Source: Alphaproteobacteria bacterium
Lineage (GTDB): Bacteria; Pseudomonadota; Alphaproteobacteria; MPNO01
Assembly: GCA_965205995.1 (NCBI GenBank)
Contig: OZ242200.1
Span: 19,233 to 83,232, forward strand
Direction: 5' to 3'
DNA: 64,000 bases
The position numbers and the translations under genes were made by a program. Positions 46,756-56,060 of the stretch are shown piece by piece; within the stretch, counting starts at the first letter, position 1; the number at the start of each line of letters is the position of its first letter. The notes beneath the pieces are model-generated. The model ran no database searches. It had not been told where the DNA came from and saw nothing but the letters and a program-made list of their open reading frames with translations.

Positions 46756-47798
46756 AGCGTATCCAGCTTGAGCAGGTCGCGGGCATTCCCCTCGTAGATG
46801 CGCGCGCGCTCCGCGGGATCGATGTCGAGCGCGTCGACCGCGTCTATGGTGCCGCGGATGAACAGCGCCCCGCCTTCGGGATCGAACGGCGCGTCGGTGG
46901 CGAACAGGCTGCGGCCGGCGCCGAAGAACGCAAAGCCGCATTCGGTTGCAGGCCGCGACCCGTTCAACGCCGTGTCGCCGTAGAGCATCCGGTAGTACTC
47001 GATCGGCTGTTTCGCGAGCCCGGCGCGGGCGGCGAGCGGGTTGTTGCCGACCCCGCCCTCGAAGAGCTGCTCGAAGCCGATGGCGATCTTTTCCGCGAAG
47101 AAGGGGATCATCCCGCCCATATGGTGGGTGACGATCTTGAGGTCCGGCAGGGCGTCGAACAGGCCGGAGAAAATCAGCCGCGCCATGCAGGCGCTGGTCT
47201 CGTAGGGCCAGCCGAAGGTGAACCAGATCTCGTGCTCCGACAGCTCCTCGGTCACATAGTCGGGGTGGTTGGGCCCACGGATCGGATGCACCCAGACCGG
47301 AAGGTCGTAGCCCGCGAGGCACTCGAACAGGGGGCGGAACGGGGCCGCGCTGATCGGCCTGCCCAGCACGTTGGTGAAGATTTGCACGCCGCGCGCGCCG
47401 AGCTCGTCGATCGCGATTTGCACGCCGCGCGCGCCGAGCTCGTCGATCGCGCGCTCCGCTTCGGCCACCGCGCCGTCCGGATCGTTCAGCGCGACCGAGG
47501 CGGTGAAGGCGGGGAAGCGGTCGGGGTAGCGGGTGCAGAGCTCGGCCATCCCGTCATTGGCGATCCGCGCGAGCGCCGCGCTTTCGGCCGGCGTGCCGAG
47601 GGCTTCCAGCGGCGGGTTGGCGAGCGACAGCACCTGCCGGTAGTCCGCGAACCCGTCCATCATGCGGACCCTCGCCTCCACATCGGTCAGCGTCGGCAGC
47701 AGCGGGTATCGTGCGAGCATCCGCTTGTCGGGGACGATCTCCTTCAGCCGCGCGAAATATTCGGGCGGCAGGATGTGGTTGAAGATGTCGAGTTTCAT
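46752..47798 (-). CDS. amidohydrolase-2 family metal-dependent decarboxylase/hydrolase (ACMSD/LigW/PicC-like family)
   Basis: 348 aa; MKLDIFNHILPPEY start (H-x-H context), His/Asp metal ligands (HHMGG, DAPFD); contains in-frame duplicated 12 aa AIDELGARGVQI x2. Confidence 0.8.
   Translation of the reverse strand: MKLDIFNHILPPEYFARLKEIVPDKRMLARYPLLPTLTDVEARVRMMDGFADYRQVLSLANPPLEALGTPAESAALARIANDGMAELCTRYPDRFPAFTASVALNDPDGAVAEAERAIDELGARGVQIAIDELGARGVQIFTNVLGRPISAAPFRPLFECLAGYDLPVWVHPIRGPNHPDYVTEELSEHEIWFTFGWPYETSACMARLIFSGLFDALPDLKIVTHHMGGMIPFFAEKIAIGFEQLFEGGVGNNPLAARAGLAKQPIEYYRMLYGDTALNGSRPATECGFAFFGAGRSLFATDAPFDPEGGALFIRGTIDAVDALDIDPAERARIYEGNARDLLKLDTL
47379..47450. repeat. perfect 36-bp tandem duplication inside amidohydrolase gene (in-frame, 12 aa)
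   Basis: GATTTGCACGCCGCGCGCGCCGAGCTCGTCGATCGC x2 read directly. Confidence 0.9.
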
Positions 47799-47891
47799 CG
47801 CTTGTCGTCCGCCCGGCGCATGCTTCCCCCGTCAGCGTCCGCATTGTAGCGTTGCGCCGCAACCGACGCTGAAGAACCGGGAGGCAACCCA

Positions 47892-48470
47892 ATGGCCGGC
47901 CACACGGTCCCCGCATTCGCGCGCTTCGTCGACGACCTCCGCGCTCATTTCGGGAAGCGCCTGGCGGAAGAAGAGCACTGGCAGGGCGTGCGGGGCCTGC
48001 TCGCGACCTTGGTCGCCGACGAGGCGATGCGCCGGGCATCGCGCGGCTGGACCGCCAGGAAGGGCCGCGAATACATCCTCCACCACGACGCCGATCACGG
48101 GTTTTTCGTCGGCGCCCTGGTGCGCGAGCCGGGCCACCGCGCGTTCATCCACGACCACGCCCATACCTGGACCGTCTACGGCGTGCTCGACGGGGCCGAG
48201 ATCACCCATGTCTACGCGCGCACCGATGACGGCGGCACGCCCGGCAAGGCGGTGCTGGAGCTGATCGACAGGCACGACGCGCCGACCGGCCATGTCGACA
48301 TCGTCGGACCCTGGGTGCCCCATTCCGAATGGGGCGCGTCCGAACGCTCGGTGGCGATCACGGTGCGCAGCGACCGCCCCGGCGGCTACAGCCAGAACCG
48401 CTACTTCCCCGAGACCGGCACCACCGACAACACCCACCGCGGGCTGGTGCTGGTGCCGCTGGCGTTGTGA
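47892..48470 (+). CDS. cysteine dioxygenase type I-like cupin (thiol dioxygenase family)
   Basis: 192 aa; His triad HHDADHGFF...HDHAHTWTVYGVL...H pattern consistent with CDO/3-mercaptopropionate dioxygenase cupins. Confidence 0.5.
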   Translation: MAGHTVPAFARFVDDLRAHFGKRLAEEEHWQGVRGLLATLVADEAMRRASRGWTARKGREYILHHDADHGFFVGALVREPGHRAFIHDHAHTWTVYGVLDGAEITHVYARTDDGGTPGKAVLELIDRHDAPTGHVDIVGPWVPHSEWGASERSVAITVRSDRPGGYSQNRYFPETGTTDNTHRGLVLVPLAL

Positions 48471-48498
48471 CCGGCACAAGGGCTTTTGCGCCGCCGGT

Positions 48499-49347
48499 TC
48501 AAAGACCGCGCAGGAACCCGTCGAGAGCAGCGACACATTCCGGCTCCGCCAGGGTCGGGGCATGGCCCGTCCGTGGCACGGTCACCAGGCGGGCTTCGGG
48601 ATATTCCCGGCCCATCCGCAGGAAGCATTCCCCGGGAAACGCATCCGACACCTCGCCCCGAAAGGCAAGCAGGGGGATCGGCCGCAGCCCCCGGAAATAA
48701 GGCCAGAAGTCGGGAGGAGCGCCTTGAGCCTCGACGATCGGCTTGACGATATTCACGTCCCAGTCGAACTGGAGCAGCCCGTCCTCGCCTTCGCAATATG
48801 TATTGCGGACCATCGCCTCGAACATCGCCTCGGTCTGAAACACGGCATCGGGCGTCAGCGTCCCGATCGCTTCCGCCGCTCTCTCCCAATCGGGCTGCGG
48901 GCGTTCGACGCCGATATAGGCAAGGGCGGCGTCCAGACTGTCCCAGTCGACCTCGGGGCCCGCGTCGTTGAGGACCAGCCCCGCCAGGCCGAACGGCATG
49001 ACCGCCGGGAGCGCCATCGCCAGCATGCCGCCGAACGAGGTGCCGACCGCGACGACCCGGCTGACATCGGCGAAAGCAAGCAAGCTGGCGATGTCGTCGA
49101 GATAGATCCGGGGCCGGTAGTTGCGCCAGTCCGGGTCGTGGTCCGAGCGACCCCGGCCGCGCAAATCCGGGCACAGCACCCGCCGTTCTTCGGCGAGAAT
49201 TCGCGCGATGGGGTCGAAGTCGCGGGCGTTCCGGAAGAGCCCGCCGAGGCAGAGTACCGGCGTTGCGGCCGAGCCCGGATCGCCGTAGTCCCGGAAATAG
49301 AGGCTGAGACCGTCCTTGGCGGTAAATCGGCGCTCGCGATACGACAT
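48499..49347 (-). CDS. alpha/beta hydrolase
   Basis: Trimmed to MSYRERRFTAKDGLSLYFRDYG; GTSFGG nucleophile elbow; proline iminopeptidase/epoxide hydrolase-like fold. Confidence 0.75.
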   Translation of the reverse strand: MSYRERRFTAKDGLSLYFRDYGDPGSAATPVLCLGGLFRNARDFDPIARILAEERRVLCPDLRGRGRSDHDPDWRNYRPRIYLDDIASLLAFADVSRVVAVGTSFGGMLAMALPAVMPFGLAGLVLNDAGPEVDWDSLDAALAYIGVERPQPDWERAAEAIGTLTPDAVFQTEAMFEAMVRNTYCEGEDGLLQFDWDVNIVKPIVEAQGAPPDFWPYFRGLRPIPLLAFRGEVSDAFPGECFLRMGREYPEARLVTVPRTGHAPTLAEPECVAALDGFLRGL

Positions 49348-49431
49348 CGCCGCTCCGGTCGGGCTTCGACAGACGCGGGGAAGCCCCCGGTCACATGGCA
49401 GCAACCCGGTCTTGAAGTCTGACGCCCCGAT

Positions 49432-51726
49432 TCACGCGGCGCCGTTCTCTGCCTCCCCGATCGCCTTGAGCACCTTCGGCGGCGACATCGGCTGTTCGCG
49501 GAGCCGGATTCCGATGGCGTCGTTGATGGCGTTGGAGATCGCCGCGATCGGTGGGATGATCGGCACCTCGCCGATGCCGCGCACCCCGTAAGGGTGGTTG
49601 GGGTTGGGCACCTCGACGATTTCCGTCCCGATGAAGGGAACGTCCGAGGCCACCGGCACCCGGTAGTCGAGGAAGCCCGGGTTCTGCAGCACCCCGTCCT
49701 CGCCGTAGATGTATTCCTCGTTGAGCGCCCAGCCGATCCCCTGCACCGCGCCGCCCTGGAACTGGCCCTCGACATAGGCCGGGTGGATCGCCTTGCCGGT
49801 ATCCTGGATCACCGTGTAGCGGAGGATCTTGACCAGCCCGGTCCTCCGGTCGACCTCGACATCGACGATATGGGTGCCGAAACCCGGCCCGGCGCCGTCT
49901 GCGGTGATCTCCGCGTGACCCGCGATGGGGCCGCCGGTCATGCCCGACCGCTGCGCGATCTCGCCGATGGAAAGCGGCTCGAACTCGCCGACATTGGAAC
50001 TCGCCGGACGCGCGTGGCCGTCCTCCCAGACCACCCCGTCGACCGGCACGCCCCAGGTCTGCGCGGCGCGCTCGCGCATCACGTCGATCGCCTTGCGCGC
50101 GGCGACGGTCACCGCCATGCCGCTCGCGAAGGTGCCGCGGCTGCCGGCGGTCACGAAATTGAAGCCGAGCGCCTGGGTGTCGCCGATCTGCGGGCGCACC
50201 CTGTCGAAATCGATGCCGAGCTCCTCGGCCACGATCATCGCCATCGCGGCGCGCGACCCGCCGGCGACGTCTATGGTGCCGAGGACCACGGTCACGCTGC
50301 CGTCCTCGTTGACGTTGAGCGTGGTGGTGGTTTCCTTGCCGATGTTGAACCAGAAACCGGTCGCGATGCCGCGGCCCTGGTCCGGGCCGAGCGGTTCCTT
50401 GAGATGCGGATGCTCCTGCGCCTTCCTGAGCGTGGCCTCGTAGCCGATCGGCCCGAAGGTCGGCCCGTAATAGGTCTGGGTCCCTTCCTTGGCGGCGTTC
50501 AGCAGGCGGAACTCGATCGGGTCGATGCCAAGCTCGATCGACATCTCGTCGAGAATGCTTTCGACGCCGAAGATCGAAATCGGCGCGCCGGGCGCGCGGT
50601 AGGCGGCGACCTTGGGCCGGTTCACGGTGATGTCGTTGCCGATCACCTTGACGTTCTCGACGTCGTAGCGGGTGAACGTGCACATCGCCGCCATCGGCAC
50701 CGAGGAGCCCGGGAAGGCGCCGGCCTGGAAGTCGAGCTGGGCCTCGGCGGCGACGATGCGGCCGTCCTTGCTGCAGCCGATCTTGATCCGCGTATGCGCG
50801 CCCGAGGTCGGGCCGGTCGAGCGGAACACGTCCTCCCGGCTCATCGTCATCTTGACCGGCCGGTTGGATTTCTTCGAAAGGACGATGGCGGGCGGTTCGA
50901 GATAGACGTTGTTCTTGCCGCCGAACCCGCCGCCGAGTTCGGTCGGGATCACGCGGATCTTCGAGATGTCCATCTGCAGCAGCTTGGCGCATTGCGCGCG
51001 GATCACGAAATGGCCCTGGGTCGCGGTATAGACCTCGACCTGGCCGTCCTCGGAATAGCTGGCGATCGAGGCCTGGGGCTCGATATAGCCCTGATGCACC
51101 GGCTTGGTGTTGAAATCGCGCTCGATGACGAGGTCGGCCTCGGTGAAGCCCTTTTCCACATCGCCCTTGGCGAAATTGAACACCTTGGCGAGGTTGGACG
51201 CCTTCTCCGGCGTCGGCTTGACGCCTTCGGTGATCTGCTCCTCGTGCAGTAGCGGCGCGTCCTCGGCCATTGCCGCCACGGGGTCGATCACATGCGGCAG
51301 CACCTCGTAGTCGACCTCGATCAGCTTGACCGCCCGCCTCGCGATCGCCTCCGAGGTGGCGGCGACGGCGGCGACCGGATGGCCGTCATAGAGCACCTTC
51401 TCGCGCGCCATCATGTTGCGGGTGACATCGCGGAAATTGACGATGAGCTCGCCCGCGGCGGCGTATTCCACCGGCATTTCCGGGAAATCGTCGCGGGTGA
51501 CGACGGCCTTCACGCCGGGCAGCGCCTCGGCCTTTTCGGTGCGGATGGCGAGGACCCGCGCATGGGCGTGCGGGCTGCGCACCACGCGCCCGTAGAGCTG
51601 GCCCGGCAGGTTGATGTCCGCGCCGTAGCGCGCGCGGCCGGTGACCTTGTCGACCCCGTCGGGGCGGATCGGCCGTGTGCCGACGACCTTGAGATCCTTC
51701 TCCTCGTATTTGAGCGTCGTCGACAT
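49432..51726 (-). CDS. xanthine dehydrogenase family molybdopterin-binding large subunit (CoxL-like, not form-I CODH)
   Basis: 764 aa from MSTTLKYEEKDLKVVGTRPIRPDGVDKVTGRARYG (GGGAGG RBS); active-site loop AAYRAPGAP rather than AYRCSFR. Confidence 0.85.
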   Translation of the reverse strand: MSTTLKYEEKDLKVVGTRPIRPDGVDKVTGRARYGADINLPGQLYGRVVRSPHAHARVLAIRTEKAEALPGVKAVVTRDDFPEMPVEYAAAGELIVNFRDVTRNMMAREKVLYDGHPVAAVAATSEAIARRAVKLIEVDYEVLPHVIDPVAAMAEDAPLLHEEQITEGVKPTPEKASNLAKVFNFAKGDVEKGFTEADLVIERDFNTKPVHQGYIEPQASIASYSEDGQVEVYTATQGHFVIRAQCAKLLQMDISKIRVIPTELGGGFGGKNNVYLEPPAIVLSKKSNRPVKMTMSREDVFRSTGPTSGAHTRIKIGCSKDGRIVAAEAQLDFQAGAFPGSSVPMAAMCTFTRYDVENVKVIGNDITVNRPKVAAYRAPGAPISIFGVESILDEMSIELGIDPIEFRLLNAAKEGTQTYYGPTFGPIGYEATLRKAQEHPHLKEPLGPDQGRGIATGFWFNIGKETTTTLNVNEDGSVTVVLGTIDVAGGSRAAMAMIVAEELGIDFDRVRPQIGDTQALGFNFVTAGSRGTFASGMAVTVAARKAIDVMRERAAQTWGVPVDGVVWEDGHARPASSNVGEFEPLSIGEIAQRSGMTGGPIAGHAEITADGAGPGFGTHIVDVEVDRRTGLVKILRYTVIQDTGKAIHPAYVEGQFQGGAVQGIGWALNEEYIYGEDGVLQNPGFLDYRVPVASDVPFIGTEIVEVPNPNHPYGVRGIGEVPIIPPIAAISNAINDAIGIRLREQPMSPPKVLKAIGEAENGAA

Positions 51727-51728
51727 GG

Positions 51729-52205
51729 TCAAACCTCCCTCATCTCGCGGGCCGCGTCGGCCACCGCCTCGACGATCTTGTGATAGCCGGTGCAGCGGCA
51801 CAGATTGCCGGCGAGCCAGTAACGGATTTCGGTCTCGGTCGGGTCGGGGTTGTGCTCCAGCAGCGCGCGCGAGGCGACCAGCAGGCCCGGGGTGCAGATG
51901 CCGCATTGCAGGGCGGCGTGTTCGAGGAACTTGCGTTGCAACGGATGCAGCTCCTCGCCTTCCGCCATGCCCTCGATGGTCTCGACCCGCTTGCCCTCGA
52001 TTTCGACGCCGAGCATCAGGCAGGAGCACACGACCCGCCCGTCCACGGTGACCGAGCAGGCGCCGCAATCGCCGGTGCCGCAACCCTCCTTGGTGCCGGT
52101 CATCACGAGTTCGTCGCGCAGCACCGAAAGCAGCGTCTGGTCGCTCTCGCAGAGGAAATCGACCTCGTCGCCATTGATCGTCGTCGTTACGTGATAGCGC
52201 GCCAT
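51729..52205 (-). CDS. (2Fe-2S)-binding small subunit of Mo-hydroxylase (CoxS-like)
   Basis: 158 aa; CGTGDCGAC plant-type and CGICTPG...CRCTGY second cluster motifs. Confidence 0.9.
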   Translation of the reverse strand: MARYHVTTTINGDEVDFLCESDQTLLSVLRDELVMTGTKEGCGTGDCGACSVTVDGRVVCSCLMLGVEIEGKRVETIEGMAEGEELHPLQRKFLEHAALQCGICTPGLLVASRALLEHNPDPTETEIRYWLAGNLCRCTGYHKIVEAVADAAREMREV

Positions 52206-53065
52206 CAGCTTTGCTCCGCCCGTTCGAGCGCGATCCGGGCCGCCCGTTCGGCGAGCACGCCGGCGACCTCGATCCTGAATTCCTTGGTGCCCCGCTTGTC
52301 GTCGATCGGCCGGCAGGCCGCCGAGGCGGCCTTCGACAATTCGGCGAGCGCGGCATCGTCGACCCTTGAGCCGATCAGCGCGGCGGCGGCCTCGTCGACA
52401 AGCAGCGGCCGTTCCGCGACCGCGCCCAGCGAGACTCGCGCCGCGCTGCAGACCCCGGCCTCGTCGATCGTCAGGTTGACGCCGACGCCGACGACCGCGA
52501 TGTCCATCTCGGTCCTCGGCGTAAACCGCAGATAGGCGTCGCCCGAACGCGGCGACCGTTGCGGCAGCTCGAAGGAGATCACGATCTCGCCCGCGCCCAG
52601 CGAGGTCTTGCCCGGGCCTATGGCGATGTCCTCGACCGGCACCGACCGGCGTCCGCCGGGGCCGATCACCGAGGCCAGGGCGCCGGCGGCGATCAGCGCC
52701 GGCACGCTGTCCGCGGCCGGCGAGGCGTTGCACAGATTTCCGCCGAGCGTCGCCCGGCCGCGCACCTGGATCGAGCCGATCAGCTTGGCGCCGTCGACGA
52801 TCCCCGGCCACACCGCGTTGAAGCCCTCATGCTCCATGATCTCCATCCCGGTGACCGCGGCCCCGAGGCGGTAGCGGCCGCCCTCTTCGGCGATTTCCCG
52901 CATCTCGGCGATGTTCTTGATGTCGACCAGGACTTCGGGCTCGACCATGTCGGCGCGCATCTGGATCAGGAGATCCGTGCCGCCCGCCAGCACCTTGGCC
53001 GCGCCGCCGGCATCCGCCAGCAGCCTGGTCGCCGCGTCCAACGACGCCGGCGCTTCATAGCGCAT
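52205..53065 (-). CDS. FAD-binding medium subunit of Mo-hydroxylase (CoxM-like)
   Basis: 286 aa from MRYEAPASLDAATRLL; VLAGGTDLL FAD-binding motif, CO dehydrogenase flavoprotein C-domain; ATGA overlap with coxS. Confidence 0.85.
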   Translation of the reverse strand: MRYEAPASLDAATRLLADAGGAAKVLAGGTDLLIQMRADMVEPEVLVDIKNIAEMREIAEEGGRYRLGAAVTGMEIMEHEGFNAVWPGIVDGAKLIGSIQVRGRATLGGNLCNASPAADSVPALIAAGALASVIGPGGRRSVPVEDIAIGPGKTSLGAGEIVISFELPQRSPRSGDAYLRFTPRTEMDIAVVGVGVNLTIDEAGVCSAARVSLGAVAERPLLVDEAAAALIGSRVDDAALAELSKAASAACRPIDDKRGTKEFRIEVAGVLAERAARIALERAEQS

Positions 53066-53209
53066 GTGGTTTCGCCTCCCCTTCCGCCCGGTTCCGATGC
53101 GGGCCTGATTCGGTCCGCGCCAACTCTGGGCAGTCATATACCGGCCCGTGCGGGGCAAGGAAAGCGCCGCGGCAAACAGCCCTTCTGGAGAACGCGGCGC
53201 GGAAAGGAA

Positions 53210-53270
53210 TTACAATCTATGATTGTATTTAGTATTTCTGATGCTATCAATAATTGTTGTTCCGGTTGGG
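53210..53270. promoter_or_regulatory. AT-rich island (GC ~25%) with 15-bp perfect palindrome ACAATCTATGATTGT in coxM/DUF805 divergent intergenic region
   Basis: AATTACAATCTATGATTGTATTTAGTATTTCTGATGCTATCAATAATTGTTGTT read directly; strongly deviates from ~70% GC background. Confidence 0.4.
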
Positions 53271-53272
53271 AG

Positions 53273-53686
53273 ATGTCGCCGATGGAATCGTATACTGCGG
53301 TTGTCCTTGTCACCGTACTCATCGCCTTGGTTCTGTTTATCGGGGTTCCCGCGGTTGCGGTCTACCGCGAGAAAAGCGACCTGACGCTGGGCCGAAGAGA
53401 TTTCGTGCTCTGGGTCGTGCTGTACCTGATCGTGCTGCCGGTCGTTGCAAACGTCGTCGCGAAGATCATGCCCAGCCTGGCGGTCGACGGGGTGCTGGTC
53501 CTCGTTGGGCTCTGCATCGCCTATATTTTCTACCAGCGTGTGGTGCGCCGCGCACGGGACGCCGGCAAGGGCAAGCGCATCGCCTATGTCGGCGCGATTC
53601 CCCTCGCCAACCTGGTTGTCTTCGTCATTCTGATGGTGACGCGAAGCGCCCAGCCGGGCGACACCGCGCAAGCCGCCGAGGCCTGA
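53273..53686 (+). CDS. DUF805-like small inner membrane protein
   Basis: 137 aa; 3-4 TM helices with conserved RRxRDxGKG motif (RVVRRARDAGKGKR); alternative starts 53219 or 53282. Confidence 0.55.
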   Translation: MSPMESYTAVVLVTVLIALVLFIGVPAVAVYREKSDLTLGRRDFVLWVVLYLIVLPVVANVVAKIMPSLAVDGVLVLVGLCIAYIFYQRVVRRARDAGKGKRIAYVGAIPLANLVVFVILMVTRSAQPGDTAQAAEA

Positions 53687-53852
53687 CGACCCCGCCCCGG
53701 GGGTATCGAGCGCCCGCCCGGAAGGTGCGCCTCCCCGGGCGAAATGGCGAGGGGAGGTATGGGCGCGGCCGCCGCCATGATGACGGAGAGACAACGGGGC
53801 CGACGGTTCCGTCGAAACCGGATTTGCTCTAGGGTCCGCGGCCGGAGGAGCG

Positions 53853-54995
53853 ATGGATTTCGAGCTGTCCGACGAGCAGGCGCAGTTCCGTGAAGCCGCG
53901 CGGGCCTTCGCCGAGGGCGAGTTGGCGCCGCATGCGGCCGCGTGGGACGAGGACTCGATCTTTCCGGTGGATGCGCTCCGCGCCGCCGCCGCTCTCGGAT
54001 TTGCCGGACTCTATGTCGGCGAGGATGTCGGCGGCTCGGCGTGCCGGCGGCTCGACGCGGCGATCGTGCTGGAAGAGCTCGCGGCCGGCTGCACCTCGAC
54101 AGCGGCCTATATCTCGATCCACAACATGGCCGCCTGGATGATCGACGCCTATGGCGGCGACGATCGGCGCCGGGCGTGGCTGCCGAAGCTCAACACGATG
54201 GAGTGGTTCGCGAGCTACTGCCTCACCGAGCCCGGCAGCGGATCGGACGCCGCCTCGCTGACCGCAAGGGCGGTTCGTGACGGAAACGACTATGTGCTGA
54301 ACGGCGCCAAGGCGTTCATCTCGGGCGCCGGCAGTTCCGACCTCTATGTCACGATGGTGCGCACCGGCGGCGAGGGGCCCGAGGGCATTTCCTGCTTCGG
54401 CGTCGAGGCCGGCACGCCCGGCCTCTCCTTCGGCGAGCAGGAGAAGAAGCTCGGCTGGCATTCGCAGCCCACCGCGATGGTCTATTTCGACGATTGCCGG
54501 GTGCCCGCCTCCAACCGTATCGGCGCGGAGGGGGAGGGGTTCAGGATCGCCATGCAGGGGCTCGACGGCGGGCGCATCAATATCGGCGCGTGCTCGATCG
54601 GCGGCGCCCGGGCCTGCTACGAGGCGGCGCGAATCTATGTCGGGGAGCGGCGGCAGTTCGGCCGCGCGATCGCCGACTTCCAGGCAACCCAGTTCAAGCT
54701 GGCCGACATGGCGACCGCGCTCGAATCGGCCCGGCTGATGGTCTGGCGCGCGGCGGCGGCGCTCGATGCCGGCGAAGCGGAGGCGACGCTGCGCTGCGCG
54801 ATGGCCAAGCGGGTCGCCACCGATGCCGGGTTCGAGGTCTGCAACGAGGCCCTCCAACTGCATGGCGGTTACGGCTATCTTCGCGACCACGCGATCGAGC
54901 GCTACCTGCGCGATCTGCGCGTCCACCAGATCCTCGAAGGGACCAACGAGATCATGCGCGTCATCATCGCCCGGCGTCTCCTGGCTGAGAGCTGA
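53853..54995 (+). CDS. acyl-CoA dehydrogenase (isobutyryl-CoA dehydrogenase-like, valine catabolism)
   Basis: 380 aa; canonical ACAD domains, catalytic Glu near C-terminus (ILEGTNEIM), context with HIBCH and MmsB. Confidence 0.85.
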   Translation: MDFELSDEQAQFREAARAFAEGELAPHAAAWDEDSIFPVDALRAAAALGFAGLYVGEDVGGSACRRLDAAIVLEELAAGCTSTAAYISIHNMAAWMIDAYGGDDRRRAWLPKLNTMEWFASYCLTEPGSGSDAASLTARAVRDGNDYVLNGAKAFISGAGSSDLYVTMVRTGGEGPEGISCFGVEAGTPGLSFGEQEKKLGWHSQPTAMVYFDDCRVPASNRIGAEGEGFRIAMQGLDGGRINIGACSIGGARACYEAARIYVGERRQFGRAIADFQATQFKLADMATALESARLMVWRAAAALDAGEAEATLRCAMAKRVATDAGFEVCNEALQLHGGYGYLRDHAIERYLRDLRVHQILEGTNEIMRVIIARRLLAES

Positions 54996-56044
54996 TGCCG
55001 GAGCCGATCGAGTTCGGCACAGACGGCGCCATCGGCCGTGTCCTGCTCAATTCTCCGGCCACGTTCAACGCGCTGACCAGGGAGGTGTGCATCGCCTTTC
55101 GCGACCGGCTGATCGACTGGGCGGACGACCCCGCGATCGGCGCGGCCGTGGTGTCCGGCGCCGGCGACCGCGCGTTCTGCGCCGGCGGCGATATTCGCGC
55201 CCTCTACGAAGCCCATCGCGCCGGCGACAGCACGCCGAACACGTTTTTCTGGCACGAATACCGGCTCGATCACGCGGTCCACGAATTCCCCAAACCCTGT
55301 GTGGCGCTGGTCGACGGGATCGTCATGGGCGGCGGGGTCGGCATCTCGGTCCACGGATCGCACCGGGTGATGACCGAGCGCACGCTGTTCGCGATGCCGG
55401 AATGCGGCATCGGGCTGTTCCCCGATGTCGGGGGGACGGTGTTCCTGCCGCGCGCGCCGGGCGAGCTTGGCATGTATCTCGCCTTGACCGGCGCTAGGCT
55501 GAAGGCGGCGGACGCGATCCATGCCGGCATCGGCACCCACTACATCCCGAGCGCGAACCTCGCCGCGTTCGTCGAACGCCTCGCCGCGGCCGATCTGTCG
55601 AAAGGCGCCGGGGCGGTGGACGCCGTCCTGGCGTCCTTCGCCGAGGATCCGGGGCCGGTGCAGCTCCGCGAGCATGCCCGGGTGATCGACCGCTGCTTTG
55701 CGGCGCCGACGGTGCCCGGGATCATCGAGGCGCTGGAAGCCGAGGACGGCTATTTCGCCATTGAGGCGGCCGACACGCTGCGCACCAAATCGCCCACCAG
55801 CATGCTGGTCACCCACCGCCAGCTTCGCGGCGGCGGCGGGCTCGATTTCGACGCCGCGATGCGCCGGGAATACCGCATGGCCTGCGCCTTCCTCGCCGGG
55901 CACGATTTCTTCGAGGGGATCAGGGCGGCGGTGATCGACAAGGACCGCAAACCGCGCTGGGACCCGGCGCGGCTCGAAGACGTCGGCGAGGAAGAAATCG
56001 CACGCTATTTCGCGCCGGTCGAGCGCGAGCTCTCTTTCGACTGA
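54995..56044 (+). CDS. 3-hydroxyisobutyryl-CoA hydrolase (enoyl-CoA hydratase/isomerase family)
   Basis: 349 aa; crotonase fold (AFCAGGDIRAL, VDGIVMGGGVGIS) with HIBCH-type C-terminal extension. Confidence 0.8.
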   Translation: MPEPIEFGTDGAIGRVLLNSPATFNALTREVCIAFRDRLIDWADDPAIGAAVVSGAGDRAFCAGGDIRALYEAHRAGDSTPNTFFWHEYRLDHAVHEFPKPCVALVDGIVMGGGVGISVHGSHRVMTERTLFAMPECGIGLFPDVGGTVFLPRAPGELGMYLALTGARLKAADAIHAGIGTHYIPSANLAAFVERLAAADLSKGAGAVDAVLASFAEDPGPVQLREHARVIDRCFAAPTVPGIIEALEAEDGYFAIEAADTLRTKSPTSMLVTHRQLRGGGGLDFDAAMRREYRMACAFLAGHDFFEGIRAAVIDKDRKPRWDPARLEDVGEEEIARYFAPVERELSFD

Positions 56045-56060
56045 CGCTGAAGGAGGAACC

